A stretch of DNA of 63,416 nucleotides, the filler included, from Reticulomyxa filosa (taxonomy: Eukaryota > Protista > Foraminifera): assembly GCA_000512085.1 (NCBI GenBank). It is 24 parts of 24 records of this genome, joined end to end, with 100 filler letters (N's around TTAATTAATTAA, not from the genome) between each part and the next. Parts side by side here need not be neighbours in the genome. Positions count along the whole stretch, not along the records: positions 52,643 to 53,841 come from ASPP01021261.1; positions 53,942 to 55,049 come from ASPP01028299.1; positions 55,150 to 56,237 come from ASPP01032099.1; positions 56,338 to 57,452 come from ASPP01000456.1; positions 57,553 to 59,571 come from ASPP01029174.1; positions 59,672 to 62,257 come from ASPP01011768.1; positions 62,358 to 63,416 come from ASPP01002629.1; 17 more parts are not named here. One strand, given 5' to 3'. Positions within the stretch are counted from its first letter, which is position 1, and every line of letters begins with the position of its first letter. This document shows positions 53,027-63,416 of the stretch, one piece after another. The notes under the pieces are model-generated. The model ran no database searches, was not told the origin of the DNA, and was given only the letters and a program-made list of their open reading frames with translations. The position numbers and the translations under genes were made by a program.

Positions 53027-53813
53027 ATGAATGTTCGTCGAAGCAACATCGAAGATATGTCTGATGAAGAGAAGTTACGTTTGACATTCTCTGCGTCAGA
53101 ACTCTTCAAGTTCAAATGCTTGCGACACGTGTCGAACGGCCTTGTCCTTGCGTCTACACTGTGGACATCTGCATTATACTTAAGCCATAACCCGACGGAA
53201 AAGAAGTACTCATTTTTTACAAGTCCACAAGCACTGGTGTTGTCGTCATTGCCACAACAACAGCGAGCAACCACAGCGCCCCCAGTAGAAGGTGTGAACA
53301 GCGTTGTTCCGGACGCACCGTGTTCGCAAACGCGCAAATATTATCAACTGATGATAAGCCTAAGTATCCCCACGATATTATTAATCAACGGGATAATGTT
53401 ACAAACGAAGCGCAAGTTTTATTTGATGTTAAGTAAACTGGAAGAGCCCTGCGATAGCGGCACAAGTGCAATGGCGGCAGGAGGACACCACATAACAACC
53501 ATCACGACGGCAACCGCGGTGGCCAGTCCCAACGTAACAGGGAATGAAGACAAAGCCAACGGTTCGATCGCGGACATAGACGTGAAGGTGTTGATGGAGT
53601 GGAAAAGCTTCCTGAACGGGGTCTTCTCCTACCAAAACGCCGCCGTGAGTGTGTTGCTACCATTCTTTTACATCAGTTTGTACGAAACCACATTCTTTGA
53701 TCAAGAAATCTATCGCGTCATCAAACGCAAGAAATTGGAACAAATCGAATATCGAAGTCTGTCCAAAGGAGGTCGTTCCAATGAAGACATTGTACTCAAG
53801 CATAGAAGCGAAG
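53027..53813 (+). CDS. Hypothetical membrane protein, 3'-incomplete
   Basis: Long ATG-initiated ORF with 2-3 hydrophobic segments, ending at an intron donor. Confidence 0.65.
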
Positions 53814-53941
53814 TTCCTTTTTTTTTTTTTTGCAAATAACANNNNNNNNNNNNNNNNNNNNNNNNNNNNNNNNNNNNNNNNNNNNTTAATTAATTAANNN
53901 NNNNNNNNNNNNNNNNNNNNNNNNNNNNNNNNNNNNNNNNN

Positions 53942-55049
53942 TTTCGAAAAATAGCATTACAAGTAAATAATATACTCCACTGTTTAAAAAAATATAAAGA
54001 TTTCAATTCTCATCCCTGTAAAATAATATTCGAAACAATAATACCAGAATTGAATGAACAACAATTGGACAACATACTTGAATTTTTAAAATCTATTAGT
54101 TATTTCGATTTTTGTATTGGATTACTCAGAATGATATCAATAAAGTTGAATGAACGACAAATAAATGACATAACCCAATTTTTGATAGATAATTTCGAGG
54201 AAGATACACACGCAGAATGGATTGAAATAGTATTTAAATTGAATGAAAGACAATTAAATAATATATTTCACTATTTAAACAAAAAAATCATGATAAATAA
54301 TAGCAAGGTTTTTTATTCTTATGACAAAATACTCAAAACAATATTATCGAAACCAAGTAAACTACAAATGAACGACACATTTGAATTTTTGAGAAACGGA
54401 CTTAATAATGAAGAGGATAACATTCGCAAATCGTGTGTGAATGGTCTTCGAATAATAGCATTGAAATTGGATGAAACACAATTGAATAGTTTGACTCATT
54501 GCTTAAAGAAGGGGTTCAAGGATAATGTCGACAAGATTCGATATTCATATACACGGATACTCAAAAAATATCATCAAAATTGAATGAACAACAAATGGAA
54601 AACATATTAGAATTTTGATGAGCGAATTCAATAATAAAAATCGTGACATTCGCAAATCATGTGCGAATGGACTTGAAATAATAGCACCCAAATTGAATGA
54701 AGTACAATTGGATAGTTTGCTTCGCTGTTTAAATAAAGGACTTAATAATAAAATTTGCGAGATTCGATTTTTATATGTTAAAATATTCAACACAATCGCA
54801 TTGAAATTGAGTGAACGACAAGTAAGCTATGCATTTAAATTTTTGATAGACGGGCTCAATATTAAAAATGGTGGTGATTACGAATTATTTGCAAAAGGGT
54901 TTCAAATAATAGCATTTAAATTGAATGAAACACAATTGAATGATTTGTTTTGTTATTTAAAAGAAGATTTCAAGAATAAAGATTACAAAACGCAGATTTT
55001 ATTTGTAAAGATACTTAGAATAATAGCACCAAATTTGAAGGATCAGCAA
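53942..55049 (+). pseudogene. HEAT-like repeat protein (LNE.QL repeats), frameshifted near 54575
   Basis: Repeats of about 40 aa, KLNE.QL..L..CL..G.......IR.SC...L..IA, split over two frames. Confidence 0.75.
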
Positions 55050-55259
55050 NNNNNNNNNNNNNNNNNNNNNNNNNNNNNNNNNNNNNNNNNNNNTTAATTA
55101 ATTAANNNNNNNNNNNNNNNNNNNNNNNNNNNNNNNNNNNNNNNNNNNNTCCCCCCTTTTTTTTTTTTTTTTTTTTTTAAATTGAATTGAATTGCATTGC
55201 ATTGATAAAAGTAAACAAATTGAAGAAAATAATAAAAAAAAAAAAAAAGTAGTTGCAAT

Positions 55260-56162
55260 GTGAGTAGCGAAAGTAGTAAAATGAGTAGTATGTCAAATCT
55301 CGAAAGGGCAACCCAACAATTGGATATGAACAAGCATGCAGACGAAACGGCAATGCCAAATGGCCGAGAGAACCCAAAGTCGATTCCTATCCTCCATCGA
55401 AGAAACAGCAGTGCGGGAGTATGTAGGATTCATCCACCCATTATCCGCACTACTCCCAACAAAAAAAACAACAATGGCAATGCAACAACTGCTAATGATG
55501 ACAATAAGAATGACAAGAATAACGATGATAAAAAGATCAATGACGACCAGCGCATGAATGAAAAACAAAAAATGATTTTAAATAACTGCAATCAACAAAT
55601 GGCTGAAAATGGAAAAGCAAATGGCTTTGTTCCTTTGTCTTTATTTTCTTCTTCTTCCCCGTTGTCTTCTTCGAATAATTCTTTGGGCTCTGTTCCTGCC
55701 CTTCCTCTTTCTCCGCTCTGTCCTCTCTCTGCCTCGCCATACAAATCTCTGAAGGTCAAACACGTTAATCATCGTGAAGTCTCTTTGGACGTCAATCAAA
55801 TACAAATGTCTCATCGAAATCATTCCCATGTCGTCGTTGGAATTGACACGAGTGTTATCCCCAAATCACAGCCACAACCGCAATCGCAGGCATTTTACCC
55901 AAACAATGACAAAAATAATATGAGCCATTTTCAATTTGTGATGACGCCGGAAAATATCGCTATGCTTCAGCGAGAATCGGAAAATGCCAGTCATAGCAAT
56001 TGTAATACAAGTGCTAATGCAAATGGCCACTCTATTCCTTTTTCTGCCACCAAAAAACGAGAACGTGAACGAGAAGAGAAGAAAAGTGATGTTGTTGAAA
56101 ACGCTTCGCAAGTCTCTTTTCAAAACTCTCTTGATACTGTTTTTCGAAAAGACATGGTGTGA
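55260..56162 (+). CDS. Low-complexity N/S-rich hypothetical protein exon
   Basis: 300-codon ORF flanked by poly-T tracts. Confidence 0.55.
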   Translation: MSSESSKMSSMSNLERATQQLDMNKHADETAMPNGRENPKSIPILHRRNSSAGVCRIHPPIIRTTPNKKNNNGNATTANDDNKNDKNNDDKKINDDQRMNEKQKMILNNCNQQMAENGKANGFVPLSLFSSSSPLSSSNNSLGSVPALPLSPLCPLSASPYKSLKVKHVNHREVSLDVNQIQMSHRNHSHVVVGIDTSVIPKSQPQPQSQAFYPNNDKNNMSHFQFVMTPENIAMLQRESENASHSNCNTSANANGHSIPFSATKKREREREEKKSDVVENASQVSFQNSLDTVFRKDMV

Positions 56163-56199
56163 TAAAGTCATACTGTTTCGAGTTGCTTCCACTAGTTTT

Positions 56200-56237
<38 letters not shown>

Positions 56238-56989
56238 NNNNNNNNNNNNNNNNNNNNNNNNNNNNNNNNNNNNNNNNNNNNTTAATTAATTAANNNNNNN
56301 NNNNNNNNNNNNNNNNNNNNNNNNNNNNNNNNNNNNNTTCGTATTACATTTAGTACACCTCTTCCAGCTGACGTCCTACACGTACGACAATTAACTTAGG
56401 ATATAATACCTTAGTAAAATGAGTAAACATTGTATAACAAATAATTGTTCAATATTAATATTGTTTGATTTACAATAACTTTGTTTCAGTACAAAGTTTT
56501 ATCTTGATAAGTGTTTTTATACAAAATCGCTTTGTTTTTGGGCTCACTTCGTTGTAAAAAAAAGAATGAAAGTGTTAAACTTCACAAAGAATGACTGCAT
56601 AAAAATTTTGCAACTATGTAGATATACATATTACAAAAATTTTTTGGAAAGTTTAAAACATTTTCTAAATGCTGTGGGAATGTGTGAAGCTCTTTATGTC
56701 TTTAAATATTTTTTAATAAAAATATCAATAAGACTTCCAAATAATTCTACAAATATATGGTTAGAAAATAATTCATTATGTTTATTTCACTTTTAGGCTA
56801 TCAAAATTGACATTTACAAAATTTCCAATACATTGAAAAATTCTTCATAATTTCTTAAATCTTAAAACTTTAGATAACACTAATAATATTTCAAAATCAA
56901 ATCTTGTTAAACGTTGAAGTAAAATTCTTGCAATATCATTAAAACAGTAACTTTTTCAGTCAGCTTGATACAATTTTTTAAAAATATTT

Positions 56990-57452
56990 TTAGTATTTTG
57001 TTGATTTTCCCTGTGTCATTTGCTTAACTAGCGCTTGATATAGTTTAGTGTCAGTTTTTTCAAATTTTCAAAAAGTTATTATTTATTGTTAATTTTTTCG
57101 CCTTTATATTTTACTTTAATTATACACTAAATGTTCTAAATTAGATTTATGTCTGTTGAATTAGTAGTAAAATTTATCAGTTTTATTATTTTCTTTAAAC
57201 CAATCTATTATTTTTTTAGTTTTGTGCATGATGAATATTCTATGACCTGCCAGATCCAGCTTTTCTTTTTACGGTTCCATTATACTTATATGACGACAGC
57301 CAAAATCGAAGATATAATTATATTAAATTTCTTTGCTACAGATCGAATTCTAGCTCCACCAACTAGCATACTAACAAAAATTCTTTTCTTAAAAGCACCC
57401 AAAGTTTAACTACATTAGATTGCAAAAAAAACTGCCATACCTAAATGGCACT
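56990..57452 (-). mobile_element. Second, partial copy of the Tc1-like element, abutted by a further TIR at 57411
   Basis: Colinear with 722-1180 (CAGATCCAGCTTTTCTTTTTA, AATTTCTTTGCTACAGATCGAAT); TACATTAGATTGCAAAAAAAACTGCCATACCTAAATGG matches the TIR. Confidence 0.85.
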
Positions 57453-58421
57453 NNNNNNNNNNNNNNNNNNNNNNNNNNNNNNNNNNNNNNNNNNNNTTAA
57501 TTAATTAANNNNNNNNNNNNNNNNNNNNNNNNNNNNNNNNNNNNNNNNNNNNTATGTTTACCATGCAGCTACTGGTATTTGTTTCAGTGACGATAATTTG
57601 TTCCATCTGCTCAAAAGCACTCGCGTCTATGTCTGCGTGCTTGTTCGTTGATAATTTCAGAAGCATTCGACGTTTTCGTTGCCAAATGTATATCCATTTG
57701 CGCAAGAAGATCATAAGTTCATGATTTGATGTTCTCAAAACGATATGATCAGATATCGATTTGCTCTTAAATAAATAGAAAGGTATCACAATCTTAGTTT
57801 TTTTTTAATTTTAGAAACTGAAATTTCGCACTTATTTAAGTTTTGCAAAAAAACTTTAATAAAATTTTGATTACAAAATAATATCTTCAAAAAAGATAAT
57901 ACAATTTACTTTAGAAATGATTGTATTTGCTTTATTCTGAAAATATTAACGAAGGGCCTAGTTTCTTTTTTGTTTTCTTGTTCATTTTGTTACTAAGTTA
58001 AAACTTAGAATGATGCTGTTGCTTTCGATATAAGAGTAAAAGAATAATCGAATTATATGGTATACTGTCTGACGAGACATGTTTTAAAGAAATAAGCAGT
58101 CTTTTCCCTCTACTGCATTCCTCTTTTGGCTTCCATATCCAATTCAAAAGCAAAAACTGGTGTGCTATGCCACAAACCTTTGCAAAGCTCTGAATCTCTT
58201 TGGTGTGGTCATTATAGCAATCTTATGTTGCCAGCACAGTCTTTGTAAGTATCTTTTACCGATTCATCAACTTTCTGCTATTGCCTCAACAAAATCTACT
58301 TCCTTCTGATCTGCTTGTCGTCACGTGTGTATTACTTATTTGCAACGTTTTTCGCACACATCTTACTTCAATTTTGTGTGAATATTAATTTTTGAATAGC
58401 TACAAATTGCTTTGTTTAATT

Positions 58422-59571
58422 CTAATCACCTTTTATCAACACAAGCTTGTTCGTTCCAGTTTTAAGCTTTTCCATAGAAAGACATTGCACAATGAAACTT
58501 GCTGATAATGGAAATAATAATGATATTGAAGAAATTATCTTGTTGTCTTCTGTACAGAGGAATTCACAAAGCACATTTACAATAAAATGTGTATTATTCC
58601 ACTTTAATTGATAAGTTGGATATTTCCATTCAATGGCTTGTTTATCAAAATATCTGATTAACTCATTCAAAGCATCGAAATTGGTATTATCATCACAACT
58701 CAATTGAATGCGAGGAATAAATATCATCAAACCAAATGCCAATAATTCAATGTCTATGTTATTTTCTGTTTTCCAAATATGATTATTTGAATTCTGTTTG
58801 TTTATCCATGTATTTTTATTTTAATTTGAATATTTTCTTTCAATCCACAAATCACATATCTTTGAATATTTTTGATAATGCACCCCGTGCAAAATTCTTT
58901 TTCGCTCTTTCCAACAAATGTATCACCAATACATACAATTGTTTGTCATTCAATTTCGTTGATATTAATTCAAGTAATTTCACCAATGATTTATCTTTAG
59001 ATGAGTATTTGTTTATTCTAATCGGTAATTGAATGCATTTGATACGAATATTTTGATGTTCATTCTTATCATTTAACTTATCCATACAATAATTTAATGC
59101 AATGTTTATTTGTTTTTCATCCAATCTCTGTGCAATTTCTTTAAGTAGATTAGCGTATTTATCATCACTTATATATCTCTTTCCACAATTGAATCTACTA
59201 AATAAATAATTAAAAGCATTATCGAATTGTTTCCCAGACAATTTCGCTGTAATTGTCTCAAGTGCTTCTCTATACACTCAATAATAATATTTATTGAATA
59301 TATCTTTTAAAGAATTGAAAGCATCATCCAATTGTTTTTCATTCCATTTTATTGAAAGTTTTTCAAGTAATTCTGCGCATCTTCCACGATTATATTCCTT
59401 TTCCTTTTCATCGGATAATCGATTAATCAAACATTGAAAGACATCACCTAATTTTTTTTCTTTCAATTTCATTATAAACTGTGTCGCATATGTAAAATAA
59501 TAGTCATATAAAAATATAAAGGAAACTTATGAATGAAACATTGGAATGCATTATCCAACTGTTTTCCTCCT
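58422..59571 (-). pseudogene. HEAT-like repeat protein, C-terminal part, with several frame disruptions
   Basis: KWNEKQLDDAFN.L, KL..KQFDNAFNYL, KLNDKQLY and AFGLM.F.PRIQL spread over several frames. Confidence 0.75.
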
Positions 59572-59671
59572 NNNNNNNNNNNNNNNNNNNNNNNNNNNNN
59601 NNNNNNNNNNNNNNNTTAATTAATTAANNNNNNNNNNNNNNNNNNNNNNNNNNNNNNNNNNNNNNNNNNNN

Positions 59672-60855
59672 ATTTCCTTGGTCTCTTAGACTGGCCAAAC
59701 ATTGATATCTTGTAGTTGTCCAAGTCGATCCAATCGTTATTACGTACGTGAATATATCTATTTCATTTTTTTCGTTTTGTGATTTGTTCATCTATTCTAT
59801 TTATTTGTTGCGGCTATTAATGTATATGTACATATATATGTATATGTGTACACTTACGTACGTACATATACACACATATATAAGAGAAAGATAATATTGA
59901 GACCTGCTTCTCTTGGGTATACATTACACACTTCAATAGTTGAAGGAGTTGCTGTGATGAGCACCAAGATACGCCTTTGGCTGTCGACACTATTGCGATT
60001 GAACTCATTCCTTACGGCTGTCAACACCGACGCTGTAAAAAAAAAAAAAAATCGTTACACATTAACACGTGGCACACAAAACCAGCTATGAATTGGTCAT
60101 TAAAAAAAAAAAAAAAAAAACTTGCTTATTATTATTCTTCTGATTTTCCTTTTTTTTTTTTTGTTTTTATTTGTTTGTTGAAATGACATACATGCATCTG
60201 CTTTGCTTGCGTCTGCTTGTTGGCTTGCCATTTGCCTGATGGTTTTCAATGTATTGCTTTGGGTGGTGCTTCCATTGAGAAATTTATGAACAACGTAGGA
60301 AGGCGAGCTAGTCGAGGCTCTGAATTGGTACAGTCCTACTCTCGCCTTTCCATTCGAAGTCGACCATGGAATTGCATTTTGCACTGTTCTGTTCAAAAAT
60401 AACTTCACCTTTGCAAAGTCCGATGAGGATAACGAAGTTGTTCCGTCCACTACAAATATTATGTCTTGTTTAAAACTGAGACCGCAACCTATTTGAATAT
60501 TTTTTCCCCAATACGACAACATTTTATACTTTTTTCTTTTAATGTCGTACAACGTATACAAATAAATTTGAAAGAAAAAAAAGAAAAGAAGAAAAATAGA
60601 CGAAAAAGAAATAATTCTTACCGCACACTTGTGTGGTGCTATTATAAGAACATTGCGCTTGATTTGCGCACGTAGAGGACGACTGAGCGGAACAGTATGC
60701 ACCAGATGCTAGCTTTGTTACTGTAAGCCACAAGTATTTTGTTTTGTAATTAGTTTTGTTTTTTTAGTTGTTCCAAAAACTACAGATTTCTCCCAACTGA
60801 GGCACAACAAGGCAAATAGCCACAAACGAATAGTGAGTGACTTTGGTGAGATCAT
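59672..60855 (-). CDS. Secreted von Willebrand factor A domain protein; multi-exon, 3'-incomplete
   Basis: Signal-like MISPKSLTIRLWLFALLCLSW, Cys-rich exon, then DIIFVVDGTTSL...F.KVKLFL..ARVGLYQF. Confidence 0.8.
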
Positions 60856-61088
60856 CTTTCACTTGTTTTTCTCTTGGTCAGTGAAATAGATTTTTTTGTG
60901 TGACGTTAGCGTTTTGCCAAAAGACGAACAAGTGAACTTTCTTTTGTTTACTAAAGTAAAACTACTTTGCAACACGGACGATTTACCTTGTATTTCGAGT
61001 TACTGAATGCGTACGCAGGAGACAAACAGAAGAAAGGGACTTGTTTTCCGCTTAACAAAAAAAAATCTAAAATAATATTTGTAAAGAA

Positions 61089-62209
61089 ATGGATAAAGTT
61101 GAGTCGAAAACAGATGAAAAACAAAGTATCCCTAAAGCTTTCCAACCAGCAGAAGTATGGTGTCCCTCACCAAAAGAAGAAAAACCTCGTGTCTTAATGT
61201 CACCTGCACGCTACGTTCAAGGAGCAAAGATAACAAAACATTTAGGAAAATACCTGAAAGTGTTGCCGTCGAAATCAGCGGGTATTTTAGTGAGTAAAGG
61301 AGGAAAAGAAAGGTTTGGTAAGATCTTAGAGGAGTCGTTGACCTCAAACCAAATTGAATTGGTGTGGTTGATATTCGAAGGGGAGTGCTCATATGAAGTT
61401 ACAATTAAACATAAGCGTTTGTTTCTGGCCTGGCTATTGAGAATGTGTGAATTTAAAAAAAAAAAATAAAAAAAAAATAAAAATGAAAAGGAAGTATTAC
61501 GATTAAAAAAAAATCTGTGAAGGGAGTACAAAGCAAATTGACAGCATTGTTTCAGTTGGCGGAGGGAAGGCCATCGATGCTGGTAAATGCCTAGCAGCAT
61601 TTGTAAATGTGAAATTCGTATCGTTCCCAACGATTGCCTCGAATGACGCGCCATGCAGTGCACTGAGGTATATATAGCCGATCATAAGAGTACAACAATG
61701 ACAAGCGATACAAATAAAACATTCACTCTTGAATTGAATTGAATTGAAAATAGTGTAATGTATGAGCCAAATGGCAAATTTAAAGAACCGCGATGCTTCC
61801 CCAGCAATCCGGACTTGGTTGTCGTCGACAGCGAGTCGATTGCGCAAGCTCCGGTGCGCTATTTGGTGGCAGGGATTGGCGATGCCATGTCCACATATTA
61901 TGAGGCCAGATGTTGTTTCGAGAATGAAAAGGCGACCAACATGGTCGGCGCTCGACCGACACTGACCGCATTGGCTTTGGGGGAACTGTGCTGCAAGATC
62001 TTGTTTGAATCAGGAATCAAAGCCAGGGAGGCTGTGCTCAAACAACAAGTCACTCCTGATTTGGAAAAAGTCATCGAAGCCAACACTCTGCTCTCTGGCG
62101 TGGGCTTCGAATCGGGAGGATTGGCTTGTGCACATGCCATTGCGCAAGGACTTACTGCCTCCAAACACATTGAAAAAAATTTTATGCACGGAGAAATGGT
62201 TGCTGCAGG
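61089..62209 (+). CDS. gldA: Glycerol dehydrogenase (GldA-type, family III metal-dependent), spliced, 3'-incomplete
   Basis: SPARYVQG, FEGECS, GGGKAID.GK, PTIASNDAPCSALSV.Y, NPDLVVVDS, AGIGDA.ST..EA, EANTLLSG.GFESGGLA.AH, HGE.VA; GT-AG introns at about 61398-61490 and 61668-61753, third donor near 62209. Confidence 0.93.
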
Positions 62210-62217
62210 TTTTGTAT

Positions 62218-62257
<40 letters not shown>

Positions 62258-63416
62258 NNNNNNNNNNNNNNNNNNNNNNNNNNNNNNNNNNNNNNNNNNN
62301 NTTAATTAATTAANNNNNNNNNNNNNNNNNNNNNNNNNNNNNNNNNNNNNNNNNNNNCTCTCGCGATAGAAGCCGACTTTTCCATTCTATCTATCAATAT
62401 GTAACAATGGGGCCCGACTTCGTTCCCTCAAATCAATTAGCTTAAAAAAAAAAAAAAATCAGTTATTTTTCCGTTTTTCTTCTTGTGCTCTAAAACATTT
62501 GTACTTTCTACAATACTATCGCTTTTTTTCGACTTGAAGTACCAGTTTGGAGAAAACATCACTTTTTAAAGTTAGCAACTATTCCTTTTTGCACTGTTAA
62601 TTAAATTGAATTAATAAAATTCCTTAGTTGATACATTTTTCAATTATCATAATATTTCAAGATTAAATCTTGAACAAATTCGATTATTGATCATATAAAA
62701 AATTAAAGGAAATAAAAAATTACACAATTACCAATGATCACAAAAACTCACTATTGTATATTTGATCAAACAATAACAAAAAATGACATATGCAATATTG
62801 TTTTGCAAAGTATCTTGTTATCCAAATAATAATACTGTCTTTGTGAAAGTTGATTCTCTGAGTACTGTTTGATTGCGGAGTTTGTGTTCCAAATAAAATC
62901 ACTAGCTTACTATATTACAAATGAAAAATCAAAATAAAAGTATATTCCAACGTGAACCTTTGCAAAGTTAAATATTTGATATCTTGATAAAGTTTATATT
63001 AGTTTCAAATGTATTTTATAAAATACTGTAAAAGTATGGGATGCGCTCCAACATTGTAGCCACATTTATTTCTATTTCTATTTAATTTAATATTAATATT
63101 TCTTCTTTATCGATTGCGACTTGACTTTGTTTTTTTTTTGTAATTCGGACTATGAAATATATAATCATAAGTAATTTCATGGGATGCACGAAATATACGT
63201 ATTAACTTGCTTAAAATTCACAATATACATAGTATTTTCAAAATGCAAAGTTTTGTTGTTGTTCATCTAGCAACATTTCATTATTATTACATTATCTATT
63301 CATCATAATTTTTCACAATTCGATCATGTATATATCATTTAACTGTTAAGTGACCTTGAAGTCCTCAGTAGGCTCAAAAGTGATATTACACGATTGCAAT
63401 CCACTGCAAACTGACC

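Noticed and set aside
5528-62357. Regularly recurring TTAATTAATTAA flanked by N runs, resembling a repeat array or processing signal
   Set aside because: Synthetic concatenation linker of constant 100-bp length
1-63416. A multi-gene system or island combining xthA, hslV and gldA
   Set aside because: The genes lie on different contigs joined arbitrarily; two have introns and one is probably a contaminant
62358-63416. Possible TRAF zinc-finger pseudogene fragments
   Set aside because: Too degenerate to support by eye

Overview
This window is not contiguous DNA. It consists of 24 short contigs joined by 23 identical artificial 100-bp linkers (44 N + TTAATTAATTAA + 44 N). Most contigs come from an AT-rich, intron-containing eukaryote that uses the standard genetic code. 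The gene mix (TPR, Kelch, 'LNE.QL' HEAT-like repeats, NACHT fragment, many pseudogenes, poly-T/poly-A and TA-microsatellite introns) resembles the draft genome of the foraminiferan Reticulomyxa filosa; this is an inference, not a search result. Recognisable genes are an anoctamin/TMEM16 with an apparent C-terminal SAM domain, a TOGARAM/Crescerin-like TOG protein, a membrane-anchored RBR E3 ligase, CDC20, LRRC51, DDX10/DBP4, class I aldolase, kinesin-14, organelle-type HslV, a decayed L-galactono-1,4-lactone dehydrogenase, a secreted vWA protein and an intron-containing GldA-type glycerol dehydrogenase. One contig (10464-11557) is gammaproteobacterial (xthA). Mobile DNA includes a complete internally deleted Tc1-like element with TA target duplications (plus a second copy), a 1.3-kb long-inverted-repeat element and several dispersed repeat families. 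I found no convincing multi-gene novel system, because synteny across linkers is meaningless. The best leads are the anoctamin-SAM fusion, the spliced GldA and the transposon families. All homology calls are motif recognition by eye, and exon borders are approximate.
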